The position numbers were made by a program, and so were the translations under genes. DNA of 54,793 nt, taken from contig NW_021833975.1 in assembly GCF_006345805.1 (NCBI RefSeq), positions 1-54,793 of the forward strand, read 5' to 3'. This DNA comes from Octopus sinensis (lineage: Eukaryota). The notes under the pieces were generated by a model. The model saw only the letters and a program-made list of their open reading frames with translations, was not told the DNA's origin and did not search any database. Below, piece by piece: positions 1-12,543 of this stretch. Every line of letters begins with the position of its first letter. Position 1 is the stretch's first letter.

Positions 1-202
1 GTGTATGCCATAAGATTTGCAAATCCAACAGAGGTATCAAACGTTCCAGAAAGATCTATGTTGCTGTCATTTTAATACAATGTCTGGCGTAAAAGAGACA
101 CATAAGACGCCATGTTGAATTTTAGAGAAAGTACAAGAGGTCGTCAGACTCTGTACATGGAGTAGGCAAACACAATATATATATTTATATATTATATATA
201 TA

Positions 203-235
<33 letters not shown>

Positions 236-370
236 CGAAAGAAGGTTGAAAATGCAATTTTTAAAAGATGTCTATTACTTACCGGTTTCACTCTTTCGAA
301 AAAGATTGTCAAAAGTAACATGTACAAGTTTTGTTGCGTTAATTATTGGTTGTTACAATTGCTACATTAC

Positions 371-743
371 ATATATACAGTCTTTGGTAACAAGGAGATG
401 TAAGGATATAAAAAATTTAACAAGTTCCTTAAAATGTTGGGCACAAAAGATTACAACATAAATAATCATTCTCAAGAACATGTTTAAGATAGTTCCCAGA
501 AGGAATTATTAAAAGGTTCAGTGAGATATTGGTATTGGTATTGTATCTGTATATTCAAACACGCACAGAATATTGGTTGACACAGAGTACTACAATACAT
601 ATATATACATTCTTTGGTGACAAGAGCATGTTGAGAACATACATACATAGATAGATACATACATACATAGAAAGTTTATTGATAAAGTTCATTGAAGTAT
701 TGGGCACAAAAGATTACAACAAATATACTATACATTCTCAAGA
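371..743. repeat. Imperfect direct duplication (units about 371-477 and 601-743)
   Basis: Both units contain atatataca-N-tctttggt(a/g)acaag, ttgggcacaaaagattacaaca and cattctcaaga. The second unit has an extra CATA/GATA stretch. Confidence 0.7.
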
Positions 744-1054
744 TTGTGTATATATATATATTTTGTATGTATGTACTATGCATATATGTATGTATGTATA
801 AGGTATATATATACATATATTATATGTATATATATATAGTATGTGTAGATATATATATATCTTGATTATAATATATATATAATATATATATAATATATAT
901 AATAATGCATAGATACATACGTATAAGTACATAAAAAACTTACATGTATACGTATATATATATATATATGCATATGGGGGCACAGGACGTCAGAAAAACG
1001 TAAATAAAAAAAAAATACGGAGTACGAGGACATGAAATATATATATACATACAT

Positions 1055-1206
1055 ACGACGGGCTTCTTTCAGTTTCCGTCTACCAAATCCACTCACAAAG
1101 CTCTGGTCGGCCATAGGCTATAGCTGAAGATACTTGCCCCTAGGTGCCACGCAGTAGGACTGACCTGGAGCCATGTCGTTGGAATGCAAATTCTTACCAC
1201 ACAGAC
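1055..1206 (-). mobile_element. tRNA-derived SINE family B, head module only
   Basis: Reverse complement of the head (acgacgggcttctttcagtttccgtctaccaaatccactcacaa...cttaccacacag) seen in full copies at 14014, 17615 and 40342. Confidence 0.85.
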
Positions 1207-1654
1207 TAACCTGATTATGAATTAACACTAATTAGCAGCACACATCCTTTCAACTTCACAACAACGTTCACTTTTTACTCGTTACACACTTCAAGATATC
1301 TTTCTGTGCGTATGTATTCTCATTCGTTAATGTGTGTGTGTGACAGCGCCGCCCATAAATAATTCAAGATGCTATTAGCAATATCATCGACCTACACAGA
1401 ATATTGGGTACTGCTTCAGATCTAGAATTATTCTTCGTTCGCGTTCAACTCAGAGCTGAGTGCAGATGTCAAAGGAGTTGCGTTGCTAGAAATCTCTCTG
1501 TAATGGCATACAATAATTTCTATACAGACCTTACACAATAGGTGCATTGAGGGCTGTATAATGTCTCTATGGGAAATATCAATGGAACAATATATACACA
1601 CATACTCACGAACAGACACTCACTCAGAAATGCACGCAAACACACACACAAGCA

Positions 1655-1692
1655 CATATATGGATATGGAGGTATAAATGTATGTGTATATC

Positions 1693-1747
<55 letters not shown>

Positions 1748-1963
1748 GATTTTACATAACTACATACATACATACATACATACATACTACATACATAACA
1801 TATATATATATATGGCATACGTACATAAAAATACATATATATGTGTGTGTAACTATATATACGTATATATATATATTTATACATACATATATAGATATAT
1901 ACATACATATATTGTATATATATATATAATATAATATTTAACATACATATTATAACATACATA

Positions 1964-2030
<67 letters not shown>

Positions 2031-2135
2031 CCACATATATATATATCCACATATATATATATCCACATATATATATATATATATATATATATAGATATAT
2101 ATATATACATATATCCACACACACACACACATAAA
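1655..2135. repeat. Compound (TA)n/(CATA)n/(CA)n microsatellite
   Basis: Read directly from the sequence. Confidence 0.95.
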
Positions 2136-2559
2136 TGAAAAGTTCTGAATGATCCTTCACATTAATTACAATAGAACACGTAAAGACCTCAACGATATTT
2201 GTTCTGGCAAAGAATTCAAAGACATCTTTTGGAAATTTGGTTCAACCTATGACTCTTAGAACCATCCATTTATCGCCAAGTCTCACAAAGATGCATTTAT
2301 GCTACCTTGCCTACCCATTCCCAAAACTCATAAGCCCTCTTCACAAAAGAAAGTCCGAATTCAAATACGAAATTGATTCTGAAGAATTTGATAATCGTTA
2401 GTGATATCTAAATCGTGATCCAAGACTCAACTTGGTTCTTTGAAAAAATTTTTTTGATATTGTAATTCTATTTATGGATGTAGAATTTGACGTATGGAAT
2501 AAAGTATAAGATTAAATAAATATATAATTGTATGCGCACATTATGTATGTGTATATATT

Positions 2560-2609
2560 ATATGAATTTATATACACACACACATATGTATACACATATA
2601 TATACATCT

Positions 2610-2640
<31 letters not shown>

Positions 2641-2699
2641 ATATATATATGATATATTTATCTATCTATCTATACATATATATATATTTATGTATGTAT

Positions 2700-2750
<51 letters not shown>

Positions 2751-3003
2751 TCCCTTAATCATTGTCTCTCTCTGATTATACAGAGACACATATGCACACA
2801 CACACACACACACACACACGCACTCACATAAATATATTTACATTTATATATTTACACACACGCACACAATTATCAATATATATATGTGTGTGTGTGTGTA
2901 TAATTATACGTGCGTATGTAAATGTAGGCATGTGTGTAAGTGGGTGATAGTGAGTGTACACACACACATATATATAGATAGATACATACATAAATACATA
3001 GAC

Positions 3004-3055
<52 letters not shown>

Positions 3056-3056
3056 C
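2560..3056. repeat. Compound (TA)n/(CA)n/(TG)n/(GATA)n microsatellite
   Basis: Read directly; GATA block at about 3001-3056. Confidence 0.95.
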
Positions 3057-4099
3057 CCCTCCTTTCTCAATATCCACAATGTATTTGTGATTAAATTTTT
3101 GCGTGTATGCATCTTTATATGAGCTCATGACTCATACACCGATCCAGACATCCACAAATCTGCAGCTATGCTCACCGCTGCACTGCGTAGCTGAGCTCAT
3201 CTCCATATCATGTGTCGTTTTTCCACTGGTGTATATATATGTGTGTATATACACTTACATGTGTGTGCATGAGCTCTCGTTTGTTTCGGGCATGGCATGT
3301 TTATCTGAATATGTATTTGCATATGTTTAGGTGTGGGCGGGAGGTTTTTCTACTCTCAACCACAACAGATCAATAGAAACAATTGCTCTCTTCATAAAAT
3401 TGAAGTTCTGTTGTCACAGAACAAATGCTTTTCTTTAATAAGGTACAGAAAAGAAAGCTTTTTTTCTCTGCTTGTTTAAATAAAGCGAGTAACTTGGCGT
3501 TGTTACAGAGGCGAATGCATATTATCTAATGCATTTCTTGATACGACGTTACCTGGGTGTGTATGTCACCTGAGTCTAATGAAAAGAAAATGCGGCAATC
3601 TTTTTCAGGATTCAACAATATCTACTGTGTGCTTCTACTAACAAAATTGTTCTGAAGAATGCAGATTACATTTGTTGTTACAGAGAAAGAACCCCACATT
3701 GTTTTATCTTTCTTCAGAAGGTGGTGCTGCCCTGGATTTTAATCACATGAATTGCATTCACAATGGGGCACCGCCTTAAAGGGTTTCTGTTTCGAATACA
3801 CCGATGCCAGCACTGAGTGAGTAAAAAATTTATAATCGTTTCCTTGTCAAAAGCATTCCTAAACATTAGCATGAAGAACGTGAGTGAATATCTAAAACCA
3901 AAATGTGTTATTGTTCTACGCAACAAGCTCTACTAAGATCTGATTCTTTAAATATCTCTCTCATATCTGTCATACTCCTGCATACGTACAATCATACACA
4001 TATGCATACTTGCGTCCATAATTAAAAATATTCACACAATGCATTTTATAGGCGAAGGCAGTGAATTGAACTCATGAAGTTCGCCTGTAAAATTTGGAC

Positions 4100-4285
4100 A
4101 AAAGAAAATACAGGTGGGTAAGTTAATTATGATTCTCCTCGAAGTATTCTCCTCTGAGATTCACACTCTTATTGCAGCGGTCCTTCAATTTCTTTAAGCC
4201 GTGCAAAACAACTCGGCAGGTTGGGACTCCAACCTAGCCTTTCGCGAAACCCTCAAAATCAGGAACTTTTCAGGAGCCCCACGTA
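4100..4285 (+). mobile_element. Tc1/mariner-type MITE, right part with right TIR
   Basis: Ends aggaacttttcaggagccccacgTA, the reverse complement of the TIR-like start TAcgaaagggtgctgaaaaattcctgg at 5939. Shares the internal segment gattcacac-cttattgc-gcggtccttca with 5939-6081. Confidence 0.7.
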
Positions 4286-4289
4286 TATG

Positions 4290-4322
4290 CATACACACAC
4301 ACATAGATAAATAAATAAATAA

Positions 4323-4385
<63 letters not shown>

Positions 4386-4436
4386 CACAGATACACAGAC
4401 GCACAGACACACAGATAGACAGAGAGACACACAGAC

Positions 4437-4507
<71 letters not shown>

Positions 4508-4619
4508 CACACAGACACACAGACACACAGACAGACACACAGACACACAGACAGACACACAGACACACAGACACACAGATAGACAGAGAGACACACAGAC
4601 AGATAGATAGCTAGATAGC

Positions 4620-4680
<61 letters not shown>
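4290..4680. repeat. (GATA)n array with (GACA)/(CA) interruptions
   Basis: Read directly. Confidence 0.97.
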
Positions 4681-4681
<1 letters not shown>

Positions 4682-4751
4682 TGTTTCTTTATAGCCACAC
4701 AGGGCTGCACACAGATAGAACAAAATTACAAGGTAGAGCTTTTCTTTTGAA

Positions 4752-4785
<34 letters not shown>

Positions 4786-5784
4786 AGGGGGAGTTCGATC
4801 AAAGGGATCGTAAAGGAGAGAAAAGGACAAAAAAAAGGGGGGTTAAAAAAAAAAAAAAAAAACAAAAAAAAGGGAGGAGGAAAAAAATTGATCAATAGGG
4901 ATCGTTATCACAGAAATGTCAATATGAAGTGTAAAGGGGAGACAGGTGAGGTTTACCCGTGGAAAGAAAAGCCTACGGAAAAGACCACGGTAACCTCGGT
5001 CAATGAAGTCACATTTTATATTTCTTTTTTTTTTTTTTTTTGCAAATAAGCAACTCTCTGTTTCGATTTCTGGTTCATAGGACTATGCTCAGGTGGCTTC
5101 GTCATTCATACGTGCCATTTCTTGCTACACTTCACCCATCTTTTTTAAAACATTCGAAACTAGACAAAACTTGCCTCTCTACTCTCACTTTCCTTTTCAA
5201 GTGGTACTTGAAGAAGTTGATGAGAGATTGACCAGAGAGGAAAGTGTTTGTCTCCAATCCTTTCAGACGCGTCCACCAGATACTTCTTTCTTTCGCCATA
5301 GCCACAAGGATGATGAAATAGCTCTTCCTTCCCGTTTGAAGGAAGGAGCGTGACAATATTGACGATAGACTCAGCTGATAAACCGACTCGTCCCACACGT
5401 GACAGCAGTTGTTCGACATAAGCCCACAGGTCGGAAATTGTTGGACACTGAACGAGTGCGTGCAGAACGGTTTCGTCGCTCTGACCGCATCTCGGGCAGG
5501 TCGGCCCCGTGTTTCTCGAGCCGTGTCTGTAGAGCTTATCCCGAACGGGTAGCGCTTCTCGGTAGCACTGCCAAGCCATGGATCTCTGGAAGTTGTCCAT
5601 GGGCCCTGGCCCGAAAGTCGTCCCGAACAGGCGGGTCAGTACTCCTCGCGACGTCCAGGTTCGCCCCGAGCTCGTCGTCGTACCTCCCCTCACTAAACCC
5701 CTATAGAATGCTTTGGTTGTGTTGAAGTCACTTAGGTCGACCCAGGACGGCAGAGTTGCTTGAGAGCAACGCGACACTCGCGGT
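4681..5784 (-). mobile_element. 5'-truncated non-LTR retrotransposon, Tx1/L1-type (ORF2 C-terminus plus 3' UTR)
   Basis: Minus-strand translation gives WQCYREALPVRDKLYRHG...CPRCGQSDETVLHALVQC (CX2CX8HX4C, zf-RVT-like knuckle). The 3' UTR has T-rich tracts and ends ...ggctataaagaaacat, running into (ATCT)n. Confidence 0.85.
5100..5777 (-). pseudogene. Frameshifted LINE ORF2 C-terminal fragment (zf-RVT)
   Basis: ORF 5160..5777 carries the Zn knuckle. The ORF2-like continuation (FIILVAMAKERSIWWTRLKGLETNTFLSGQSLINFFKYHLKRKVRVERQVLSS) lies in the frame of ORF 5132..5419, implying a frameshift near 5330-5350. Confidence 0.8.
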
Positions 5785-5825
<41 letters not shown>

Positions 5826-5935
5826 ACAGAATAGACATAGACAGATAGATAAGCAGGCAGACAGACAGCCAGGCAGGCAGGCAGACAGTGAGGCAGACAG
5901 ACAGATAGATACATAGATTAGACAGATACGTACAT
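5785..5935. repeat. (GATA)n/(GACA)n array at the LINE 5' junction
   Basis: Read directly. Confidence 0.95.
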
Positions 5936-5938
5936 ATA

Positions 5939-6081
5939 TACGAAAGGGTGCTGAAAAATTCCTGGCTTTTGGTAAAAGATAATACAGGAGGATCAGTTCA
6001 GTTCATTATAATTTTATTCAAAATGTTCCCCTCTCAGATTCACACCCTTATTGCCGCGGTCCTTCAGTTTTTCTAAGCCCT
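5939..6081 (+). mobile_element. Tc1/mariner-type MITE, left part with left TIR
   Basis: Starts TAcgaaagggtgctgaaaaattcctggc; homologous to 4100-4285. Confidence 0.7.
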
Positions 6082-7163
6082 CGCTCCGTCATTGTGTCTC
6101 TGAGTGGCCGTTTCCTGGAGCCAATTCTGCAGCATGTTTAGTAACCCCTACATAAGATCCTTATTAAATGGTGGTTCAACACACGAACTCCCAAAACAGG
6201 GCCTCACAACAGACAACGGTTTAGAGTCATAGACAGGACAAAATCATTTGAAATAGTTTCGCTTTAAAATAATATATTTAAGTTGTTTGTTTTATAGAAA
6301 TTTCAACGAATAGCGTCTCTCTGTAACATAGCAATAGTCTTCTTTGTTATTATATAAATTTTGTTTGATGTCCAACATTAATTTCTCATGACAATTTCGT
6401 CCCCTCGTTATTATTATCGATTTTATATATAAATATGTTAGTTTATTATGTGCTATTATATTTCATCAACTTTTAACTGTAGAGTAATTACGTCTATCTC
6501 GATAACCCACATAGAATATCTATACGTCTGTGCTTCCCCGGTACCAGTCTAGCGTTAATTGTTTAAAATAATATCAATTTAAAATGGTATCAGTTTATAT
6601 TTTATATATTTGATGTATAACAAGCATTAAGCATATTGTCCGTAACATAAAAATCATCTTACGATGATATTATATATCTTTGATATCTAGAATTACTTTC
6701 TTATGATAACTTCGTCTTATTTTAACATTAAGCTACATTCTTTCTCATATTAACTTTTCCTACTCAACATTTTCATTATTGATTTTACCATAAGTATCTT
6801 ATTTATTTACTTTTATTAACCATATCGTAATTTTTGTCTATCTCCAATAGCCATATCCGAGCTATTTTTTATTTCTTCTTGATTATTTGATGTTAATGTT
6901 CAATAACTATCTACTTAGATGCCAAAAGTGTACATTTGTATTCCATTTGAGATGATAAACTAAACAAGTTCGTTGTTTGTCTCAGTTACTTGGCCTCTCC
7001 CTTTAGTAAAATTATAAACCGGCGATGATGAATCGGTTTTTCTTACGTAGCAACAAAGTTTCACAGACTTTTCTACATACACCTTACATCAATTAATTAA
7101 TCTATTTTCTTATGATCTTATTTAAATTAGACAACAACATATGCAACAACAACACTGCTACTA

Positions 7164-7330
7164 ATGATGATGATTATGATGACGATGATGGTGATGATGA
7201 TGATGATGATGATGGATGCTATACGTATTGAATTTATTTTTCTTGTCTGTTGTACTAAACGTATATGCATATGCACATTTACTCAAAAACAGACACATTC
7301 ACACACACACACACACATACATACTAACAC

Positions 7331-7361
<31 letters not shown>

Positions 7362-7433
7362 GTATACATATACATACATGTATACATCCATACATAAATA
7401 TACATATACATATATGTATACATACATTCATAA

Positions 7434-7484
<51 letters not shown>

Positions 7485-7500
7485 TGTGTGTATGTATACA
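7164..7500. repeat. (ATG)n at about 7164-7215 and (CA)/(TA)/(TG) microsatellites at about 7295-7500
   Basis: Read directly. Confidence 0.9.
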
Positions 7501-7511
7501 ATGCAATACAA

Positions 7512-7713
7512 TGCGCCCTTTTAAAGCCTAGCCAGGTTCATGGGCCCTGTTTCCCGGTTTCAATGGCGTATGTGTTCCCCAGCTGAGAGGACTGGAGCAA
7601 CGTGAAATGAAGTGTTTTGCTCAAGAACACAACGCGTCGCCCGGTCCAGGAATCGAAACCACAATCTTACGATCATGGTACTGACACCCTAACCACTAAG
7701 CCACACGCTTCCA
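7512..7713 (-). mobile_element. tRNA-derived SINE family D
   Basis: Reverse complement has an A-box-like tggcttagtggttagg, a B-box-like gtttcgattcc, a core gtgttcttgagcaaaacacttcatttc and the tail aaaccgggaaacagggcccatgaacctggctaggctttaaaa shared with 45071-45218. Confidence 0.8.
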
Positions 7714-7789
7714 TATATCGATGTATGTATGTATATTTGTATATTATATATAGATAGATACATACAGGCGTAAATTTTGTACGACTCTC

Positions 7790-8460
7790 TTATACTTTCA
7801 TTCTTTCACTCTGTCAGCCCACTCACACTTACACCGTTCTTTCCACTCTTCTTTCTTTCGCTCCCCCTCTCTCACATTTCCTGGCCTTCCCTTCATTCTC
7901 ACCTTCCCTCTTTGACTTTACTCTGTCCCTTTTCTGTTTTGCTCGTCCCACCCTAATCCTTCTATCCCTCTACCTCTACCTCTCTCCTCTCCTTCCACGT
8001 GACCGGTGTTCGGCCAAGCCTGATCTTTCTTTCTTGGTTCGACTACCATCCGTGCAACACCTATATTACTCCCTGTGCCTGTCAAATCTTATGTCGCTGC
8101 CATAAGGCTTCACTTCCACACAGGCCAGGTTAATTTAATTTGTCCTTAGTCGAAAGACACCTGGTGTTAATATCCTGTTGTTTGCATTTGCATTTGTGTA
8201 CAATTTCTCCGTTGTTTTTGTTCTCGCTGCTTTCTTCGAGGGAACTCTAGTGGTCTTAGGTTAGATTTTTCTTGGGGCTGGCCAGGTTGGGGCAGTCTCG
8301 AGTATAACCAGCCAAAACTGCAAATATAATCTGGAACTCGACTGACGAAAGAAAACTCCGAATGACCCGTCCTTGTTTATTCTTGTCCTTTTTTGTATCA
8401 TCTAACGGTCTTCCTAAGACAAAAACGTAAAGCTCTTCATGAAATACAAAGTACATAATG
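7790..8460. mobile_element. Probable interspersed-repeat fragment (possibly Penelope-like terminal repeat)
   Basis: A pyrimidine-rich stretch followed by non-coding sequence resembling recalled octopus repeats. No protein motif found. Confidence 0.25.
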
Positions 8461-8499
8461 GTATGCATGATTACGACAAACAAAAACGGATGTATAGTG

Positions 8500-8555
8500 A
8501 GAGACAGACAGACAGACTCACACACATATAGATATATAGAAAGATGGATAGATAA

Positions 8556-8588
<33 letters not shown>

Positions 8589-8589
8589 C

Positions 8590-8657
<68 letters not shown>

Positions 8658-8688
8658 GGGTAGATAGATAGATAGATAGATAGATAGT

Positions 8689-8730
<42 letters not shown>

Positions 8731-8731
8731 C

Positions 8732-8798
<67 letters not shown>

Positions 8799-8923
8799 CA
8801 TGCATACATACATACATACATACATACATACATAAATACATACATACATATATACATACATTGTTAGATACACATACATATGCATACATACGTGCATAGA
8901 TGAATAGATAGATAGTAAGTGAA

Positions 8924-8967
<44 letters not shown>

Positions 8968-8990
8968 TATAGAAAAGGAGTTATAGATAG
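8500..8990. repeat. Long (GATA)n, then (CATA)n and (TA)n
   Basis: Read directly. Confidence 0.97.
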
Positions 8991-9667
8991 ACTTATAGAT
9001 ATACATATAGATGGTGGTAGAAATAGACAGAGATATACAGAATATAGTCTTTGGTCTCTCTGGTCATGCACTTGCGTTACATATGATGGCTACTTTCCTC
9101 ACATTTTTCACAATAACTTCTGTGTATACACAACATTCATACGAATTATTACATTTGGAATTTCCAAAGTATGGAACTTCAACTTTGCATATATTTAATA
9201 AGGACAGTAGAAGCTAGCGCTGTGCTGTGCTTCACTTGGTAATGTTCAATATTTAGCGAATGATGTTATAACATTTCTCTACGTAAACCTATTTTCGTGT
9301 CATAATTTCGTAGGCTTACATAAGAGACTTGAATCAGCTCTACGCTCATATTTTCTGGTAGGCAAATTCAATTTTCTGTTGTGTCTTCAGATAATTAATG
9401 TCTTGACAGTGACATTTATTGTGCATATAATTAGCTCGGATGTTTGTATTTTGAATATATAACATGACATGCCAAGGAAATTATACGTTTTGTGCTGGCA
9501 ATATTTTCAAATGCGCTGCTTTCAGCCCGTTACATAACCTACGTCTATCGAAATATATTTTGACGTGTGTTCTAATAGTATTCTTACATTTACCTATCTC
9601 GGTATCCATGTTTCTCTCTCTTTCACACTTTCTTTCTTTCCTTCTCCCTGCGCAGGAACGGCACAGT

Positions 9668-10090
9668 GGAGGCGCAATGGCCCAGTGGTTAGGGTAGCGG
9701 ACTCGCGGTCGGAGGATCGCGGTTTCGATTACCAGACCGGGAGTTGTGTGTGTTTTTTGAGTGAAAACACCTAAACCTCCACAATACCACAGCAGAGGGT
9801 GGTGGCGACCCCTGTTGTACTCTTTCGCCCCAACTTTCTCTCACTCTTTCTAGTCCCCGACTTCCTACGCAACCACTGGGCCTGAATGCGCATTCATCCA
9901 TCCGTCGATGCTCTCGGTGTCGAGGGTTGACTTCATTTCTCTTCTGCGGGTCTTACGAATAGCAAAGGACCACGTTTCGGACTTCTCCCATCTTGCGAGC
10001 TCTGGGACGAAGACCGCTTCGCTCAACAGCAACAGCAGCGGCAGGAACGGCAGTAAAGGCTCGGGTATTAATGTGAGACCAGCTTTTGAC
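9668..10090 (+). mobile_element. tRNA-derived SINE family A, tail type 1
   Basis: Head ggaggcgcaatggcccagtggttaggg...gtttcgattaccagaccggg (A and B boxes) and core caactttctctcactctt are shared with 19670 and 53217. The 3' end is uncertain. Confidence 0.8.
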
Positions 10091-10201
10091 TTCGTCGTGT
10101 CAGTTTTAATCCCACCCAGGGGCACCTTATGCAAGGTCCTTCTATTATATCCTCCAGTCAACTCTGTTTTTCAGTTCGATTTCGGTCGATGGAGACTGTG
10201 G

Positions 10202-10586
10202 AAGCCCGTTGTGGCTGTGTGGTAAGACGCTTGCTTCCCAACCACATGGTTCCCGGTTCAGTCGCACTGCGTAGCACCTGGGTCAAGTGATTGCTAATAT
10301 AGTCTTGGTACGACCAAAGACTTCTGAGGAGACGTGGTAGACGGAAACTGAAAGGAGCCTGTCGTATAATTATATATTTGTGTGTGTGTGCATTCATATA
10401 TATATATGTGTATGTATGTGTGTGTGTGTGTGTGTATGTGTGTGTGCCATTGTGTCTTTGTTTGTTCCCCACTTCCACTTGAGAACTGGTTTTGTTTGTT
10501 TACGTCCCAATAACCTAGCGGTTCGACAAAAGGGGCCGATAGAACAAGTACCAGGCTTTCAAGCAATAAGTACTGGTGTTGAGTCT
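10202..10586 (+). mobile_element. SINE family B, diverged near-full copy
   Basis: Head, (TA/TG)n linker and tail are all recognisable. Confidence 0.8.
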
Positions 10587-10589
10587 TAA

Positions 10590-11322
10590 ATAATTTCCAT
10601 TTATTGGAAACAAAATATAACGACGCATTTCAAACTTCCAGTGTTTCGACCTTAACCGGAAAATTACCGGTTTAGAAAGAGCGTTCATCGGTCATTCTTT
10701 CATCGGCAGCGAATAAGTGTGCAGTAAAATTTAAACTAAAATTTTACACCCTAAAATGGAGGGAATAAATGTGCATATTAGACATGTGATGTTGCTTGAG
10801 TTTGGGAATTACAAATCCGCATCAGAAACGGCAAAGAAAATTTGTAGTGTGCATTGCCAGGGTCTCATTACTGATCGCTAAGTCCGAAATTGGTTCTCGA
10901 AGGTTCGTGCTGGGGATAAATCGTCATTGACAGATGGACCCACACCAGGACGGTGAATAGACGTCGATGAAGATGTTTGAAAAGAACTTCTGGAATGCAA
11001 TCGCCGCAGAAGTACGCCAGCACTTGACCATAACACATCCCATCGCGATCAGAGATATTGTTTTGAGCTGAGTGGGGGTAATAGACTCCCTTGCTCGAAA
11101 ATATAAGGACACAGATCGTGTCGTATAGCCACCTAGAGACGATATCTGCTGGGGCTAAATTACAGCAAGACACTTCCTAAACCAGGACTACCATGTTATG
11201 TTGGAAAACAATCTTTACTCCAAAGTATTGTTGCTGAACATCTCTCGTTGTGAGATTTAAAAATAGTAATTTTCCAAATAAATTCTCAAAGACGGAAACT
11301 ATTTATGGCTCAACCCAACATA
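10590..11322 (+). mobile_element. Internally deleted mariner element
   Basis: Contains a transposase N-terminus. The right end ggaaactatttatggctcaacccaaca (reverse complement tgttgggttg...) resembles the mariner TIR at 43384. Confidence 0.7.
10756..11035 (+). pseudogene. Mariner transposase N-terminal HTH remnant with in-frame stops
   Basis: Hand translation: MEGINVHIRHVMLLEFGNYKSASETAKKICSVHCQGLITDR*VRNWFSKVRAGDKSSLTDGPTPGR*IDVDEDV*KELLECNRRRST. This matches the Mos1/SETMAR-type HTH pattern (V.NWF.KFR.GD....D..R.GRP). Confidence 0.85.
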
Positions 11323-11328
11323 TGTGCA

Positions 11329-11620
11329 CAGTAGAGGCTTGGTTTGCGAATTTAATTCGTTCCTGAAGGCCGTTCGTCACCTGAGTTCTTTACCCATAAT
11401 AAATTGAAGAGAACGTACGCTGATTTCGAGCAGGAGTTTGCACTGAACGAAAGCTTGACAGCAAATGACGCTTATCCGGTCGTACTCCCAGCTTCTCACC
11501 GATCGTTGTTGCTGGATGGCGTGTTCGTTATACGAGACAAGGTTCGTTACCTGGGTCGGGCCATATTAAACGTTAATCAATTTGTTCATGATTACAGGCG
11601 TTCGTAAAACGAGATTTCTG
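11329..11620. mobile_element. Possible pogo/Tigger-like MITE
   Basis: Left cagtagaggcttggtttgcgaat and right ttcgtaaaacgagatttctg form a degenerate inverted pair resembling Tigger TIRs. Confidence 0.4.
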
Positions 11621-11777
11621 AATATATATGTGTGTACGTATGTGTGTACGTATGTGTGTATGTATATATGTTTTGTCATAATTATCTTTGCACCTAGAAT
11701 ATAAACAACGTAACCTGCAACAACGCAGTTTTTCTTATTTTGTTGCTAAATTACATTTTCATTTTACCATGCTACTT

Positions 11778-11842
11778 CTTCTTTTTCTTCTTCTTTTTCT
11801 TCTTCTTCTTCTTCTCCCTCCTTTTCTTCCTCATCTTCTTCG

Positions 11843-11899
<57 letters not shown>

Positions 11900-11959
11900 T
11901 GTCATTATTATTATTATTATTATTACTACTACAACTACTACTATTATTATCATTATTAA

Positions 11960-12004
<45 letters not shown>

Positions 12005-12395
12005 CATCATCACCCTCATCATCATGATCATCATCATCATCATTACAATTATTATTATTATGGTCATTATTATTATTATTATTGTTGCTGTTGTTGTTAT
12101 TATTTGTTTAATGTCACTTGGAATTAATCTCGTAATATATTCATTTAATTTGCTGATCTAATTTATTAATTAAATTATGTTTTCTTTCAATATTTCATTC
12201 CTCTAAAACCCACCCTGCCACCCACCATTCCACCTCCACCCACTCCTCACACTCCTTTCATTAATATTCCTACACTTTTGCGTGACATAATAATTGTCAG
12301 AAGCACATCATATTCATTCCTGAAGCGAAACGAATTCTTGGGTACTTTCCCTTCACATTCCCAATATCTTTACATCACAGAAAAAATACCCATTC

Positions 12396-12453
<58 letters not shown>

Positions 12454-12476
12454 ATTATTATTACTATTACTACTAC

Positions 12477-12543
<67 letters not shown>

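Noticed and set aside
130-160. Minus-strand CUGACGA as a hammerhead core
   Set aside because: No GAAA partner is correctly placed on either side.
4681-5049. Lys-rich ORF on the plus strand
   Set aside because: It is the antisense of the T-rich LINE 3' UTR, with possibly inflated homopolymers.
8335-8375. Hammerhead at CUGACGA...CCGAAUGACCCGUC
   Set aside because: A15.1 is missing (GAAU), stem II is weak and I found no stem I pairing.
9668-9745. SINE heads (also 7640-7713, 19670, 53217 and family B heads) as tRNA genes
   Set aside because: They have A and B boxes but no paired acceptor stem, and they continue into shared SINE cores.
11404-11607. 67-aa ORF MKRTYADFEQEFAL...
   Set aside because: It lies inside a probable MITE and has no recognisable motif.
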